A stretch of DNA of 64,000 nucleotides from Patescibacteria group bacterium (GTDB taxonomy: Bacteria > Patescibacteriota > UBA1384 > XYA2-FULL-43-10 > CAINNR01), in NCBI GenBank assembly GCA_041651295.1, contig JBAZJN010000003.1:14016-78015 (forward strand). Direction: 5' to 3'. Numbering within the stretch: the stretch's first letter is position 1; every line of letters starts with the position of its first letter. The translations under genes and the position numbers were made by a program. Of this stretch, positions 19,162 through 27,597 are shown piece by piece. The notes under the pieces are model-generated. The model was not told the DNA's origin, did not search any database, and saw only the letters and a program-made list of their open reading frames with translations.

Positions 19162-19410
19162 TTATTTACCTAGTCTAAATTTTTTGGTGTATTCGATCAA
19201 AGAACCAATATCAGATTTAATAATAATTTCTGACCCTTTTCGAATCCCAGCAAAATCCTTTATTTTTACTTCCTCTCCATTTAGAGATAAAGCAGGCTGT
19301 TTGGTTTGAGCATCAACAATAATTCCCTTCTTAGTGCCTTTCCCGAGTAATTGCAACAAATAACGTTTCAGCTCTGAATTGTTTTCGAAAAGTACTTTAT
19401 TTGTTGACAT
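19162..19410 (-). CDS. Hypothetical small protein (island cargo)
   Basis: 82 aa. AAGGAGA lies upstream of the ATG. It is tightly coupled to the downstream 281-aa ORF. Confidence 0.55.
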   Translation of the reverse strand: MSTNKVLFENNSELKRYLLQLLGKGTKKGIIVDAQTKQPALSLNGEEVKIKDFAGIRKGSEIIIKSDIGSLIEYTKKFRLGK

Positions 19411-19597
19411 TGTGTCTCCTTGTTATGCAAGCATTTGTTTGATATTTATGATCCAATAATAGCACATTGTCGGTATGTAGTGATAATACATCAAGGGATT
19501 ATAATTGCAAGGCAAATTTCTTCTTCTGAAAGCGTGGGTAAATTATTTCCTTCCATCTTTTAGCTTCATCTTGAATAGAGCGTAAATTAATTCTAAC

Positions 19598-19608
19598 CAG
19601 CTCCACCA
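19598..19608 (+). repeat. Right-hand copy of the tmRNA 3'-terminal 11-mer (putative attR core)
   Basis: The sequence cagctccacca is identical to 14708-14718. Confidence 0.6.
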
Positions 19609-19671
19609 AACAAAACAGAGCAACTTTATGTTGGTCTTTTTTGTTTGACACGAATATGATTAAATACTTCT

Positions 19672-20268
19672 ATGAAAAAGAAAATATTACTCCATGCCTG
19701 CTGCGCTCCTTGTACCGCCGGAGTCTACGAACAACTAAAAGATGATTTTGATGTAACACTTTTTTGGTATAATCCAAATATTTTTCCCAAAGTCGAACAC
19801 GATCGAAGATTGACCGAACTTCTAAATTTTTGTGATAAAAAGAATATTAAAATTATAGTTGGTGAATATGATTGGGATGAGGAACATAATTATTGGCTGG
19901 GGCTGATAAAAGGATTAGAAAAAGAACCCGAACGCGGCAAACGATGTCAGGCTTGTTATCAAATGAGGCTAGAGGCAACTGCGGCTCTTGCAGCCCAAGC
20001 AAATGATCATCATGACGGCGAATTTAATTATTTTGCCGCCGAGCTTTCAATTTCACCCCACAAGAACTCAAAAACAATCAACGAAATAGGGGATAAAATT
20101 AGTAAAAAATTGACCACAAGTCATCCCCGCGAAAGTGGGGATCTACTCCGTTATTATTCTGCTGATTTCAAAAAGAACGACGGCATCAAAAAAGCCTCGG
20201 AAATTAGTACAAAAAATAACCTTTACCGCCAAAACTATTGCGGTTGCGAGTTCTCTATTGGATCTTAG
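19672..20268 (+). CDS. queH: Epoxyqueuosine reductase QueH (DUF208 family)
   Basis: LLHACCAPC at the N-terminus, CQACY in the middle and YCGCEFS at the C-terminus form the typical QueH Cys pattern. Confidence 0.8.
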   Translation: MKKKILLHACCAPCTAGVYEQLKDDFDVTLFWYNPNIFPKVEHDRRLTELLNFCDKKNIKIIVGEYDWDEEHNYWLGLIKGLEKEPERGKRCQACYQMRLEATAALAAQANDHHDGEFNYFAAELSISPHKNSKTINEIGDKISKKLTTSHPRESGDLLRYYSADFKKNDGIKKASEISTKNNLYRQNYCGCEFSIGS

Positions 20269-20704
20269 ATTTCAAGGCTCTACCGGCCTCAATCTCTTCT
20301 TCCCGTCGCTTGATAGTTGATCTTTTATCATGAAGTTTTTTGCCGCGTGATAGGGCAATTTCGATCTTTGCCTTTCCGTGTTTGAGATAGATTTTTGAAG
20401 GAACAATTGTTAAACTTTTTCCTTCAGACTTTGAAACTAACCGCTCGATCTCTTCGGCGTGCAAAAGCAGTTTCCTAGTTCGTTGCTGGTCACCGTCTGA
20501 GACCGAAATGACTCCCCCAATCCACCATGCCTCGCCGGCGACTATTTTTACATGAGATCCGCTTAAGTTGACCTTGTTGGCTCTAATAGCTTTAATTTCT
20601 TCGCCGGTAAGTACAATCCCGGCCTCAAGGTCTTCAACAAAAGTGTATTCAAACCTCGCCTTGCGGTTTATTAAATTCTTCGACTTGCGCTGTTTGATTT
20701 TCAT
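20255..20704 (-). CDS. smpB: SsrA-binding protein
   Basis: NRKARFEYTFVEDLEAGIVLTGEEIKAIR...LLLHAEEIERL...KLHDKRSTIKRRE is canonical SmpB. Confidence 0.93.
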   Translation of the reverse strand: MKIKQRKSKNLINRKARFEYTFVEDLEAGIVLTGEEIKAIRANKVNLSGSHVKIVAGEAWWIGGVISVSDGDQQRTRKLLLHAEEIERLVSKSEGKSLTIVPSKIYLKHGKAKIEIALSRGKKLHDKRSTIKRREEEIEAGRALKSKIQ

Positions 20705-20753
20705 CAGTGTTAGATCCGTGTTAAAGATCAGTGTGGTTGCCTCCGTTAAATCT

Positions 20754-21764
20754 CTATTCCTTTGAAAATATCTTATTGATCGTCGGCCATTCCAGAATTA
20801 GAACGGAAACTGATGCCGCTAGTGGAATTGCCAATATTGCCCCGACCACGCCCATTAATTTTGCTCCGATCAAAATTGCAATGATAATAACCGCCGGAGA
20901 TATGCCCACGGCTTTTTGCATAATCTTCGGCACCAAAACGTTGTTTTCTACCAGTTGAACTGCGAAATAGTAAATTAGAACGAATAATGCTTTCCAAGGA
21001 GAGATTGTTAAAGCAAACAGCGCAGCCGTAATCCCGGCAATGATTGGTCCAACTGTGGGAACAATTTCCAGAATTCCGGCAATCAACGCCAAGACAAGAG
21101 CATAGGGAATGCCAATTATTGAGAGCCCGATGTAATCGATAACAAATATAACCAGTCCCAAAAGCAGTTGTCCTCTAAACCAGCTACCGATTTTGCTGGC
21201 GATTTTGTTTATGACACCTACTGCCGCCTCCTTGTGCTCTGGTGCAAAGATAGATGATATAAAACGCTTGACATCGTCTTCATCAAGAAGAATGTAAAAT
21301 GTCAGAACGAAAATCATCAGCAAGGTAAAAACTCCGCCAATTAGACCGGCAGTGAACGAGTATATATTACTCGTAACTGACCCGAGATTGGACGACAGAC
21401 TCTGCAAACCGCTTTTTATTTCTGAAGTGTAATTTCTCAATGCGCTGAAGTTTGTATTTGCGATATAGTCAGGCAAAGATAATGCAAGTTCAGAAATTTG
21501 GTTGACCAAAGGCGGGATGATTATATAAAAAACGCCCACTAGCGAAGCAACTACCAATAAAACTAGCAAAAATATCGACGCTAACCTGCCAATAGTTTGC
21601 TGCCACGATTTAATGACCGGCGAAAAAGTAGATACTAAAATTAAAACAATAAAGACCAGAGCTACAATGTCGCGAACCAAATACAGAAAATAGAAACCGG
21701 CCGCCACAAGAAATAATTTCACAATTGTCCAAGTGGTAATTTCGAATTTTACTTTATCGTTCAT
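20754..21764 (-). CDS. AI-2E family transporter (PerM/UPF0118)
   Basis: A 336-aa polytopic protein with the conserved C-terminal segment YFAVQLVENNVLVPKIM. Confidence 0.75.
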   Translation of the reverse strand: MNDKVKFEITTWTIVKLFLVAAGFYFLYLVRDIVALVFIVLILVSTFSPVIKSWQQTIGRLASIFLLVLLVVASLVGVFYIIIPPLVNQISELALSLPDYIANTNFSALRNYTSEIKSGLQSLSSNLGSVTSNIYSFTAGLIGGVFTLLMIFVLTFYILLDEDDVKRFISSIFAPEHKEAAVGVINKIASKIGSWFRGQLLLGLVIFVIDYIGLSIIGIPYALVLALIAGILEIVPTVGPIIAGITAALFALTISPWKALFVLIYYFAVQLVENNVLVPKIMQKAVGISPAVIIIAILIGAKLMGVVGAILAIPLAASVSVLILEWPTINKIFSKE

Positions 21765-21790
21765 ATGTCCTCCCTATTTAATGTTTATCC

Positions 21791-21867
21791 TGGTCGGGGC
21801 GACTGGATTTGAACCAGCGACCTCATCGTCCCGAACGATGCGCGCTACCGGGCTGCGCTACGCCCCG
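21791..21867 (-). tRNA. tRNA-Pro (anticodon CGG), CCA encoded
   Basis: The reverse complement is CGGGGCGTAGCGCAGCCCGGTAGCGCGCATCGTTCGGGACGATGAGGTCGCTGGTTCAAATCCAGTCGCCCCGACCA. It folds as a cloverleaf with anticodon loop TTCGGGA. Confidence 0.9.
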
Positions 21868-21922
21868 ACAATCAATTCCGCTTTATCATAACCGAAAATT
21901 GTGCTAAAATCCAGAGAGAAAT

Positions 21923-21998
21923 GCCGATGTAGCTCAGTGGATAGAGCGCCTCCGTCCTAAGGAGGGCGTCGCAGGTTCGATTCCTGCCATCGGTACCA
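21923..21998 (+). tRNA. tRNA-Arg (anticodon CCT), CCA encoded
   Basis: GCCGATGTAGCTCAGTGGATAGAGCGCCTCCGTCCTAAGGAGGGCGTCGCAGGTTCGATTCCTGCCATCGGTACCA. The anticodon loop is GTCCTAA. Position 1-72 is a G-U pair. Confidence 0.9.
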
Positions 21999-22204
21999 AC
22001 ACATGTCGTTCTGGGCGACTGGAACGCAGTAAGTGCGAGAGTTGTTCGGTAGATTCGCCAAAAGCTTTACAAATCACCAAATTTAGTGTATATTAATTGA
22101 AGATGAAAACTGATATCAAAAAACTAAATAATATTCATCATCACAATTCTTTACTTTCGGGAAAGAATTGTTTTGATCGTTAAGTTTTAGACAAAGTTCT
22201 CAAA

Positions 22205-22239
22205 ACAGCTCCTTCTCGGAAGAGAAGGAGCTGTTTTTT
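22205..22239 (+). terminator. Perfect 13-bp hairpin plus T-run
   Basis: Stem acagctccttctc, loop ggaa, stem gagaaggagctgt, followed by ttttt. Confidence 0.7.
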
Positions 22240-22263
22240 GATACCACGAAAGGGGAGCTGGGA

Positions 22264-22944
22264 ATGGATATGTTCAGTCGGCTACGGGAGTTGTCGTCAG
22301 TGTTGAAGGTCAGCAATTTGTATCAACAAGTCGCTGACGAAGTGATTACCTTTGTCTTCTTCATCTGTCCCAAGATGAAGGGTCAGGGGTTCAGGCTCAA
22401 TAGCAACAAAACAGGATTTGACGCTGAGTATGTTCCAGCAGTCCTGGCGAACAGTGCTATTCTGGCGATTGAGAGGGCTACACGATTCCTATCTGAGTTC
22501 GAGACACTTGGCCTTCCGTTCGTGGCACGGGCGCTTTACGCATCTGCAGACGCGCTTATCCTGCCATCAGTACCAACTACTCCACCAGCTACACCAGTAA
22601 GTCCAAGCATCGAGATCGTTTCCAACAATCGGGTGGTTGTTGAACATCTCACCGATTTTGGAAGACTGTATCGCGAGAAGCCGTGGCGCAATACCCCGCA
22701 AAAGATCAGCGAGCTTGAAAGGCAACGGCTAGTTTCGATTCTGCCGTCAAACACCCCGGCAAATGTCGCTTGTGATTTCGTCGAACGCACTTGGTCTGGG
22801 TTTGCACTTGACGGAGTGCTGATCCGTGGCGAGTGTTTTGGTCCCAATCCCGTGCTTCTAGGTGTTGAAAGCCCGGGTGTTGGCGTGCTTCAAAACGCTG
22901 CACTTCCGAGAGACCGGTGGTTGCCAGTAATTCAACTGGTATGA
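22264..22944 (+). CDS. Hypothetical protein in a strongly GC-enriched gene; apparent distant paralog of the next gene
   Basis: 226 aa. GGGGAG lies upstream. GC is far above the flanks, so all frames are open here. It shares ITFxxFxCP, GLPFVARALYASADALI versus GINFRYVKIIADTNLSYI, and ERTWSGFALDGVLI versus KRTIATYAAEGIIF with ORF 23011-23862. Confidence 0.6.
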   Translation: MDMFSRLRELSSVLKVSNLYQQVADEVITFVFFICPKMKGQGFRLNSNKTGFDAEYVPAVLANSAILAIERATRFLSEFETLGLPFVARALYASADALILPSVPTTPPATPVSPSIEIVSNNRVVVEHLTDFGRLYREKPWRNTPQKISELERQRLVSILPSNTPANVACDFVERTWSGFALDGVLIRGECFGPNPVLLGVESPGVGVLQNAALPRDRWLPVIQLV

Positions 22945-22950
22945 ACAAAT

Positions 22951-22982
22951 CGGGGAGGTTTATCCCTCCCCGAGCTATTTTT
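22951..22982 (+). terminator. GC-rich hairpin plus T-run
   Basis: Stem cggggagg, loop tttatc, stem cctccccg, followed by agctattttt. Confidence 0.6.
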
Positions 22983-23010
22983 GCTAATATTATTTTAGAT
23001 AAGGAAAAGA

Positions 23011-23862
23011 ATGAACGAAAATGAATTAATTAAGAAAATCGAATCAGGTTTGAAATTGAAAATTATAAACAGATCGTTTTTCAGAAAATATTTATCTGAA
23101 TCTATTTTGTTGGATAAAAAAATTACATTTTACGACTTTGAATGTCCTCCAAGAAAAGTCATTTATTTTGATGGGAAAGAATACATTGATTATCAAATGG
23201 ACTTGAATGAGATATTTTCGGGCAAAAAAGATGATAACTTCACAGAACTGCCTAAAGCAGTTGAATATCGCGGTCAAGAGATAAAAATTTTAAAGTCCTT
23301 ACAAAAATCGGGGATTAATTTTCGATATGTCAAAATTATTGCAGACACCAATTTGTCCTACATCACCCCTGAGTCTTTAGCTATTACGAGCAAACAACAA
23401 AATGTCTCGCGATTTAGATTATTCAAGTTACTAATTGAAAAGGCTGTGCAAAATTATCCAATTAAATGTGGAGTAGTGCTATTTTCCGAACTCATCAAAT
23501 CTTTTCAAAAAGATTATGACGAATCATTTGATATGGCAATGAAAATGTTATCACTAAAAAAGTTGGTTGATATGACAACTTTAAATTCACAAATTCTACG
23601 GACGAAACAGCACGTTGGTATCGATAATGCTGAATTTGCCGAGATCTTTTCCAAGCGAACGATAGCGACTTACGCTGCCGAAGGAATTATCTTCAATCTT
23701 CTTTCCCGTACCAACTATTTTTCAAATTGTGTTTGGCTAAATTTGTACGAGTTTAACAAAAGGACAGAAAAAATTACGAATTGTTTACGAAAACAAAAAG
23801 GGATCAAAAAAGTTCCCATGTTGGCAGAAACAATCCACAGCAAAAAACCATGCAAATCTTAA
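23011..23862 (+). CDS. Hypothetical protein (AT-rich member of the same family as 22264-22944)
   Basis: 283 aa. AAGGAAAAG lies upstream. Composition matches the host genome. Confidence 0.65.
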   Translation: MNENELIKKIESGLKLKIINRSFFRKYLSESILLDKKITFYDFECPPRKVIYFDGKEYIDYQMDLNEIFSGKKDDNFTELPKAVEYRGQEIKILKSLQKSGINFRYVKIIADTNLSYITPESLAITSKQQNVSRFRLFKLLIEKAVQNYPIKCGVVLFSELIKSFQKDYDESFDMAMKMLSLKKLVDMTTLNSQILRTKQHVGIDNAEFAEIFSKRTIATYAAEGIIFNLLSRTNYFSNCVWLNLYEFNKRTEKITNCLRKQKGIKKVPMLAETIHSKKPCKS

Positions 23863-23882
23863 GTTTCGGGATGGCAATATTT

Positions 23883-25190
23883 TTATGGTTCTAATCTTTT
23901 CACTCCACGATAAAGATAAGTTACTTCCCGAACATTTCCAATATCAAATAATTTCATCAGCATTCTGGTTGGGCCCAAGCCGAAACCTCCATGTGGAGGA
24001 CAGCCAAACTTAAAAAAGTTCAGATAAAATCTTATCGATTCAGGACTTAGCCCTTTTTCTTTTGCTTGCTCAACCAAAATCTCATATCTGTGTTCTCTTT
24101 GCGCGCCAGTTGTAATTTCCATCCCGTTCCACAAAAGGTCAAAACTTTTTGTTAGAGTCTTATCATCTTCTTTTCGCATATGATAAAAGGGTCGAACAGC
24201 GATCGGATACTCCGTAACAAACAAAAATTCGTGGCCAGTTTTTTCTTTCATGTATTCACAGATCTTTACTTCCTCATCAGGACTTAAATCCCCGTCTCGC
24301 TCATTTTTAACATTAAGTTTAGATAGAATCTCTTTAGCCTCTTTCATGGTTATTTGCGGAAATGGTAATTCAGGAACAACGACTTCCCGGTTGTAATTAC
24401 CTTGAATTTCGTCGCCAAATTTCTCTTTTATTTTCTTCAAAGCAAATTGAATTGCTCTGGATTCTTCAGCCATAACATCTTCGTGTGACTCAACATACGA
24501 TATTTCAGCATCATATCCGGTAAATTCGGTGTCGTGCCTGGAAGTAAATGATGGGTTGGCTCGAAAAACTGGACCGACTTCAAAAACCTTTTCAAAGCCG
24601 GAAGCCATCGCCATCTGTTTATAAAACTGCGGTGATTGAGCCAAATAAGCTTTTCTGTCAAAATATTTGACTTCGAACAATTCTGCTCCCGATTCGCTCG
24701 GAGTAGACATAAACTTTGGAGAATGAATTTCGATGTAATCTTCACCTGTCCAATATTCTCTGAATGCCTGTTCCATTTCCGTCCAAACTTTGAAAATCAG
24801 AGTTTTTTCGGGTTTTCGCAGATCCAACCATCGCCAGTCAAGCCTTTGTTGAATGTTTGTCTCTTCTTGGCCTTTTTCCACAACTGGAATCGGTAATTCC
24901 TCAGCAGGTGTTGATAATATTTCAATGTTTTTCGCTTCAATTTCAAAACCGCCTGGGGCTTGTTTTTCTTCTTTGGCCATACCAATAATTTCAGCCACAG
25001 ACTCGAGTTTCAGTTCAGACGCTTTCTTCAACAATTCCTGTTCGGCAACCACAACTTGAATAGTTCCGGAAATATCGCGAATCATCAGAAATTGAATTTT
25101 GCCTTGATCGCGAATTGCTTGAACAAAACCAGCGATTTTCACTTCTTCGCCAGCACTTTTCTTAACTTCATCAACTTTTACCCTTTTCAT
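23883..25190 (-). CDS. aspS: Aspartate--tRNA ligase, archaeal/type-2 form (AsnRS not excluded)
   Basis: 435 aa. It has an N-terminal OB anticodon-binding domain and class II motifs (FEVGPVFRANPSFTSRHDTEFTGYDAE, GGFGLGPTRMLM). The C-terminus ...RGVKRLEP is typical of archaeal-type AspRS/AsnRS. Confidence 0.8.
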   Translation of the reverse strand: MKRVKVDEVKKSAGEEVKIAGFVQAIRDQGKIQFLMIRDISGTIQVVVAEQELLKKASELKLESVAEIIGMAKEEKQAPGGFEIEAKNIEILSTPAEELPIPVVEKGQEETNIQQRLDWRWLDLRKPEKTLIFKVWTEMEQAFREYWTGEDYIEIHSPKFMSTPSESGAELFEVKYFDRKAYLAQSPQFYKQMAMASGFEKVFEVGPVFRANPSFTSRHDTEFTGYDAEISYVESHEDVMAEESRAIQFALKKIKEKFGDEIQGNYNREVVVPELPFPQITMKEAKEILSKLNVKNERDGDLSPDEEVKICEYMKEKTGHEFLFVTEYPIAVRPFYHMRKEDDKTLTKSFDLLWNGMEITTGAQREHRYEILVEQAKEKGLSPESIRFYLNFFKFGCPPHGGFGLGPTRMLMKLFDIGNVREVTYLYRGVKRLEP

Positions 25191-25410
25191 TTTGCTCCTT
25201 ATCCTAATTATATCAGTTTACTAAAAAACGCCCTTACGTCGCTAAACAAATTTAGCAATATAAGGGCGATTTCTCGCGGTGCCACCTTAATTTATTCTTT
25301 AGATGCTCCGAATTTTACTCCGACACATCCTTCGTTCTGTAACGGGAACTTCCCGAACGGTTCTACTCATCTTTCGATTTTCTTCCGTTAGCTCAGCCGT
25401 GTCAGCGGCG
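25191..25410 (-). promoter_or_regulatory. T-box riboswitch leader of the aspS gene
   Basis: On the minus strand, AAATTAAGGTGGCACCGCGAG (plus-strand 25275-25292) matches the T-box consensus AAnnnGGGTGGTACCGCG. It is followed by the terminator CGCCCTTAT...GTAAGGGCG plus TTTTTT (plus-strand 25222-25268), whose 5' arm can alternatively pair with the T-box. A stem I candidate is closed by AGATG...CATCT. Confidence 0.7.
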
Positions 25411-25485
25411 TCAACGCTTTTGTAATTTTCTTTATCTTAACAAAATCCTCAGAAAAAATCAATGTTTGGTTAAAACAATATGTTG

Positions 25486-26172
25486 TTACAAATCTTTTAA
25501 GAAATTTATAACATTATTATTAACGGACTCTACCTCTCTCGCGTTATGACGATAGTCGTGCCCAATTCCTTCCATTTCAATCAATACTTTTGGTTGATTA
25601 GCCACATTGTAGATATCTTTGAGTTGTTGCGGAACGACGCAATCGTCTAGTTCTCCGGCAATTAGAAGCATATTTCCATGAAAATTGGGTATTTCTTTTA
25701 CCACATCATACTGCTCAGCATCCTCGATAAAGCTATACGGCAAAATGAATTTTCTACTTGTGGTTTCATCCTCCGGCAAATTCCTGCTCGAAGTTTTTAA
25801 TCCTTCTTTTTTCCACTTCTCAATCTTTTCCAAGTTCTCATCTCGAATATAAGTAGTAGGTGACATTATGCCGATAGTGGTTGTAACTTGTGGATGCCGA
25901 GATGCATAAATTAATGCAATTGTACCACCTAAACTATGTCCGGCAAGAAGTATTTCGTCATATTGACCTTGTTTTTTTATTTCGGCATCAACATCTGCTA
26001 GATACTGAGTCATCGTGTATTTGCTGGCATCTTCCGAATCTCCCCAGGTTCCAGTTGGATTCAAACGAACCGTGGTATATTCTAGTTTCTTTAATTTCTC
26101 ATCAAGATCAACAAGATGAGGATAATCTTTTGAATCCAAAAAACCAGGTAATAGTATTGCTAATTTTTTCAT
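25486..26172 (-). CDS. Alpha/beta hydrolase
   Basis: 228 aa with the nucleophile elbow GHSLGG and a C-terminal GIGHD (catalytic His). Confidence 0.75.
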   Translation of the reverse strand: MKKLAILLPGFLDSKDYPHLVDLDEKLKKLEYTTVRLNPTGTWGDSEDASKYTMTQYLADVDAEIKKQGQYDEILLAGHSLGGTIALIYASRHPQVTTTIGIMSPTTYIRDENLEKIEKWKKEGLKTSSRNLPEDETTSRKFILPYSFIEDAEQYDVVKEIPNFHGNMLLIAGELDDCVVPQQLKDIYNVANQPKVLIEMEGIGHDYRHNAREVESVNNNVINFLKDL

Positions 26173-26771
26173 TATGAAAGTTTATTTTTTATTTCTTCCC
26201 AGTCAACAGCATCTGCCCAATTAGGAAGTGGAGTTTCAAAAATCTTTTCTTTCATTTCTTGTTTGCCAGTGTAATGGTCAACGCCTTCTTTAACAACGAC
26301 TGGATAATGACCTCGCCAATTTAGTTCTTGTGCAGTGGATAGAACGCAACAATCAATTGTTAGACCAATAAGAACAGGAGTCACTTCGGAAGGTTTGCCT
26401 ATATTTTCTTCAAGCCACTTGCCAAATCCGATTGTATCCTGTCTTGGTAACCCAGGTTCTTTTGATGTATCTCCGGCATTATCCCTAGTCCAAATAGGAG
26501 AATTCATACATTTAATCCACTGACCGCCGACAAATTCCTTTGGAACAACTGATTCATATCCCCATGTTCCAGGGACGCAAGACTCGTCAGCATCTCCTGG
26601 CCGAGGTTGTCGATAATCAGAAACAATTTCAGCGATTTTGATTCCTTTTTCTTTGAGAAAAGGCAAAATTTTAGATTTCAGAAAATCAACCGATGGTTTG
26701 TGAGTATAATGCTTCCCACCTTCGGTGGCAAAATCGTTCTGAATATCAATTGCTAATATTTTGTATTTCAT
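26172..26771 (-). CDS. Isochorismatase-family cysteine hydrolase
   Basis: 199 aa with ILAIDIQNDF and LIGLTIDCCVLSTA (catalytic Cys). Confidence 0.7.
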   Translation of the reverse strand: MKYKILAIDIQNDFATEGGKHYTHKPSVDFLKSKILPFLKEKGIKIAEIVSDYRQPRPGDADESCVPGTWGYESVVPKEFVGGQWIKCMNSPIWTRDNAGDTSKEPGLPRQDTIGFGKWLEENIGKPSEVTPVLIGLTIDCCVLSTAQELNWRGHYPVVVKEGVDHYTGKQEMKEKIFETPLPNWADAVDWEEIKNKLS

Positions 26772-26803
26772 AGCTAAATCTTATCAACCAGCAATATAAA
26801 TTG

Positions 26804-27580
26804 CTAGTTTTTCTTTTGAGCCCAAAATACTGCTCGTTTGCAACCTGAATAATACGGATCTTGTTTGGTGCTGCTATATTTTTCAATTTTTTTAAAACCA
26901 TATTTTTCGAGCCACTCTTGAATATCAACTGCACTTGATGGATGAGTTACAGCATCTTGTTTTATAGTTTTTTCTGATCCATCAGGATAGGTGATTTTTG
27001 TGACTCGTTCTGCTCGCCAAATTCTGTTGTCAACATCAAAAGATTTTGTTGTGACAGTAGTGTCGAGTTTTGTTCCGTCTTTACAAACTCCTGATGGGAA
27101 CCAATGTTTTCGAACATCCAATTTCTGCCACGACTTATCTAGCTTACCTTCCATATTATCGTTTTCAATATAAACAAAACCGCCAGGTCGCAAAGATTGT
27201 GCAGCTTTTTTGACACAAAGTTCTTGATCGTCACCATTTCCAAATTCATAAAATGAATTACCGCCTAAAATTACCAAGTCAAAATTTTTTGGCCACTCTG
27301 ATTTCAAAACATCGGCATGAATTAATTCGGCTTTCAATTTATCATCATCTAACTGCCTCTGTAATCGATTAAGCATGCTTTGTGATTGGTCGATGCCAGT
27401 TAGATCAAATCCTGCTTTGACAAGAGGTAATAAAATTCTGCCACTGCCACAGAAAGGTTCAAGAATTTTGCTCAATTTATTATTCTTGGCGAACTTTGTT
27501 AACAAAGGTATATCGTCAGTTCGTTTTTCTATCTGATCATATATTTCAGCAAAATGGGCTTCATCATATTTATTTTCCAT
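26804..27580 (-). CDS. Class I SAM-dependent methyltransferase
   Basis: 258 aa. Motif I is ILEPFCGSGRILLPL and motif II region is DLVILGGNSF. Confidence 0.75.
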   Translation of the reverse strand: MENKYDEAHFAEIYDQIEKRTDDIPLLTKFAKNNKLSKILEPFCGSGRILLPLVKAGFDLTGIDQSQSMLNRLQRQLDDDKLKAELIHADVLKSEWPKNFDLVILGGNSFYEFGNGDDQELCVKKAAQSLRPGGFVYIENDNMEGKLDKSWQKLDVRKHWFPSGVCKDGTKLDTTVTTKSFDVDNRIWRAERVTKITYPDGSEKTIKQDAVTHPSSAVDIQEWLEKYGFKKIEKYSSTKQDPYYSGCKRAVFWAQKKN

Positions 27581-27597
27581 TTTCAGTTCCTTTTTTA

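Larger units (their letters stand above)
14708..19608. mobile_element. About 4.9-kb integrated island in the 3' end of ssrA
   Basis: An 11-bp exact direct repeat, cagctccacca, occurs at 14708-14718 (tmRNA 3' end) and at 19598-19608. A serine recombinase gene sits at the left edge. All genes between the repeats are orphans, and housekeeping genes queH and smpB resume right after the right-hand repeat. Confidence 0.7.

Noticed and set aside
22081-22200. A 26-aa mini-ORF (MKTDIKKLNNIHHHNSLLSGKNCFDR) and a 9-bp hairpin (caattcttt/aaagaattg) between tRNA-Arg and the GC-rich gene.
   Set aside because: It is too short, has no Shine-Dalgarno sequence, and there is no way to assess conservation from a single sequence.
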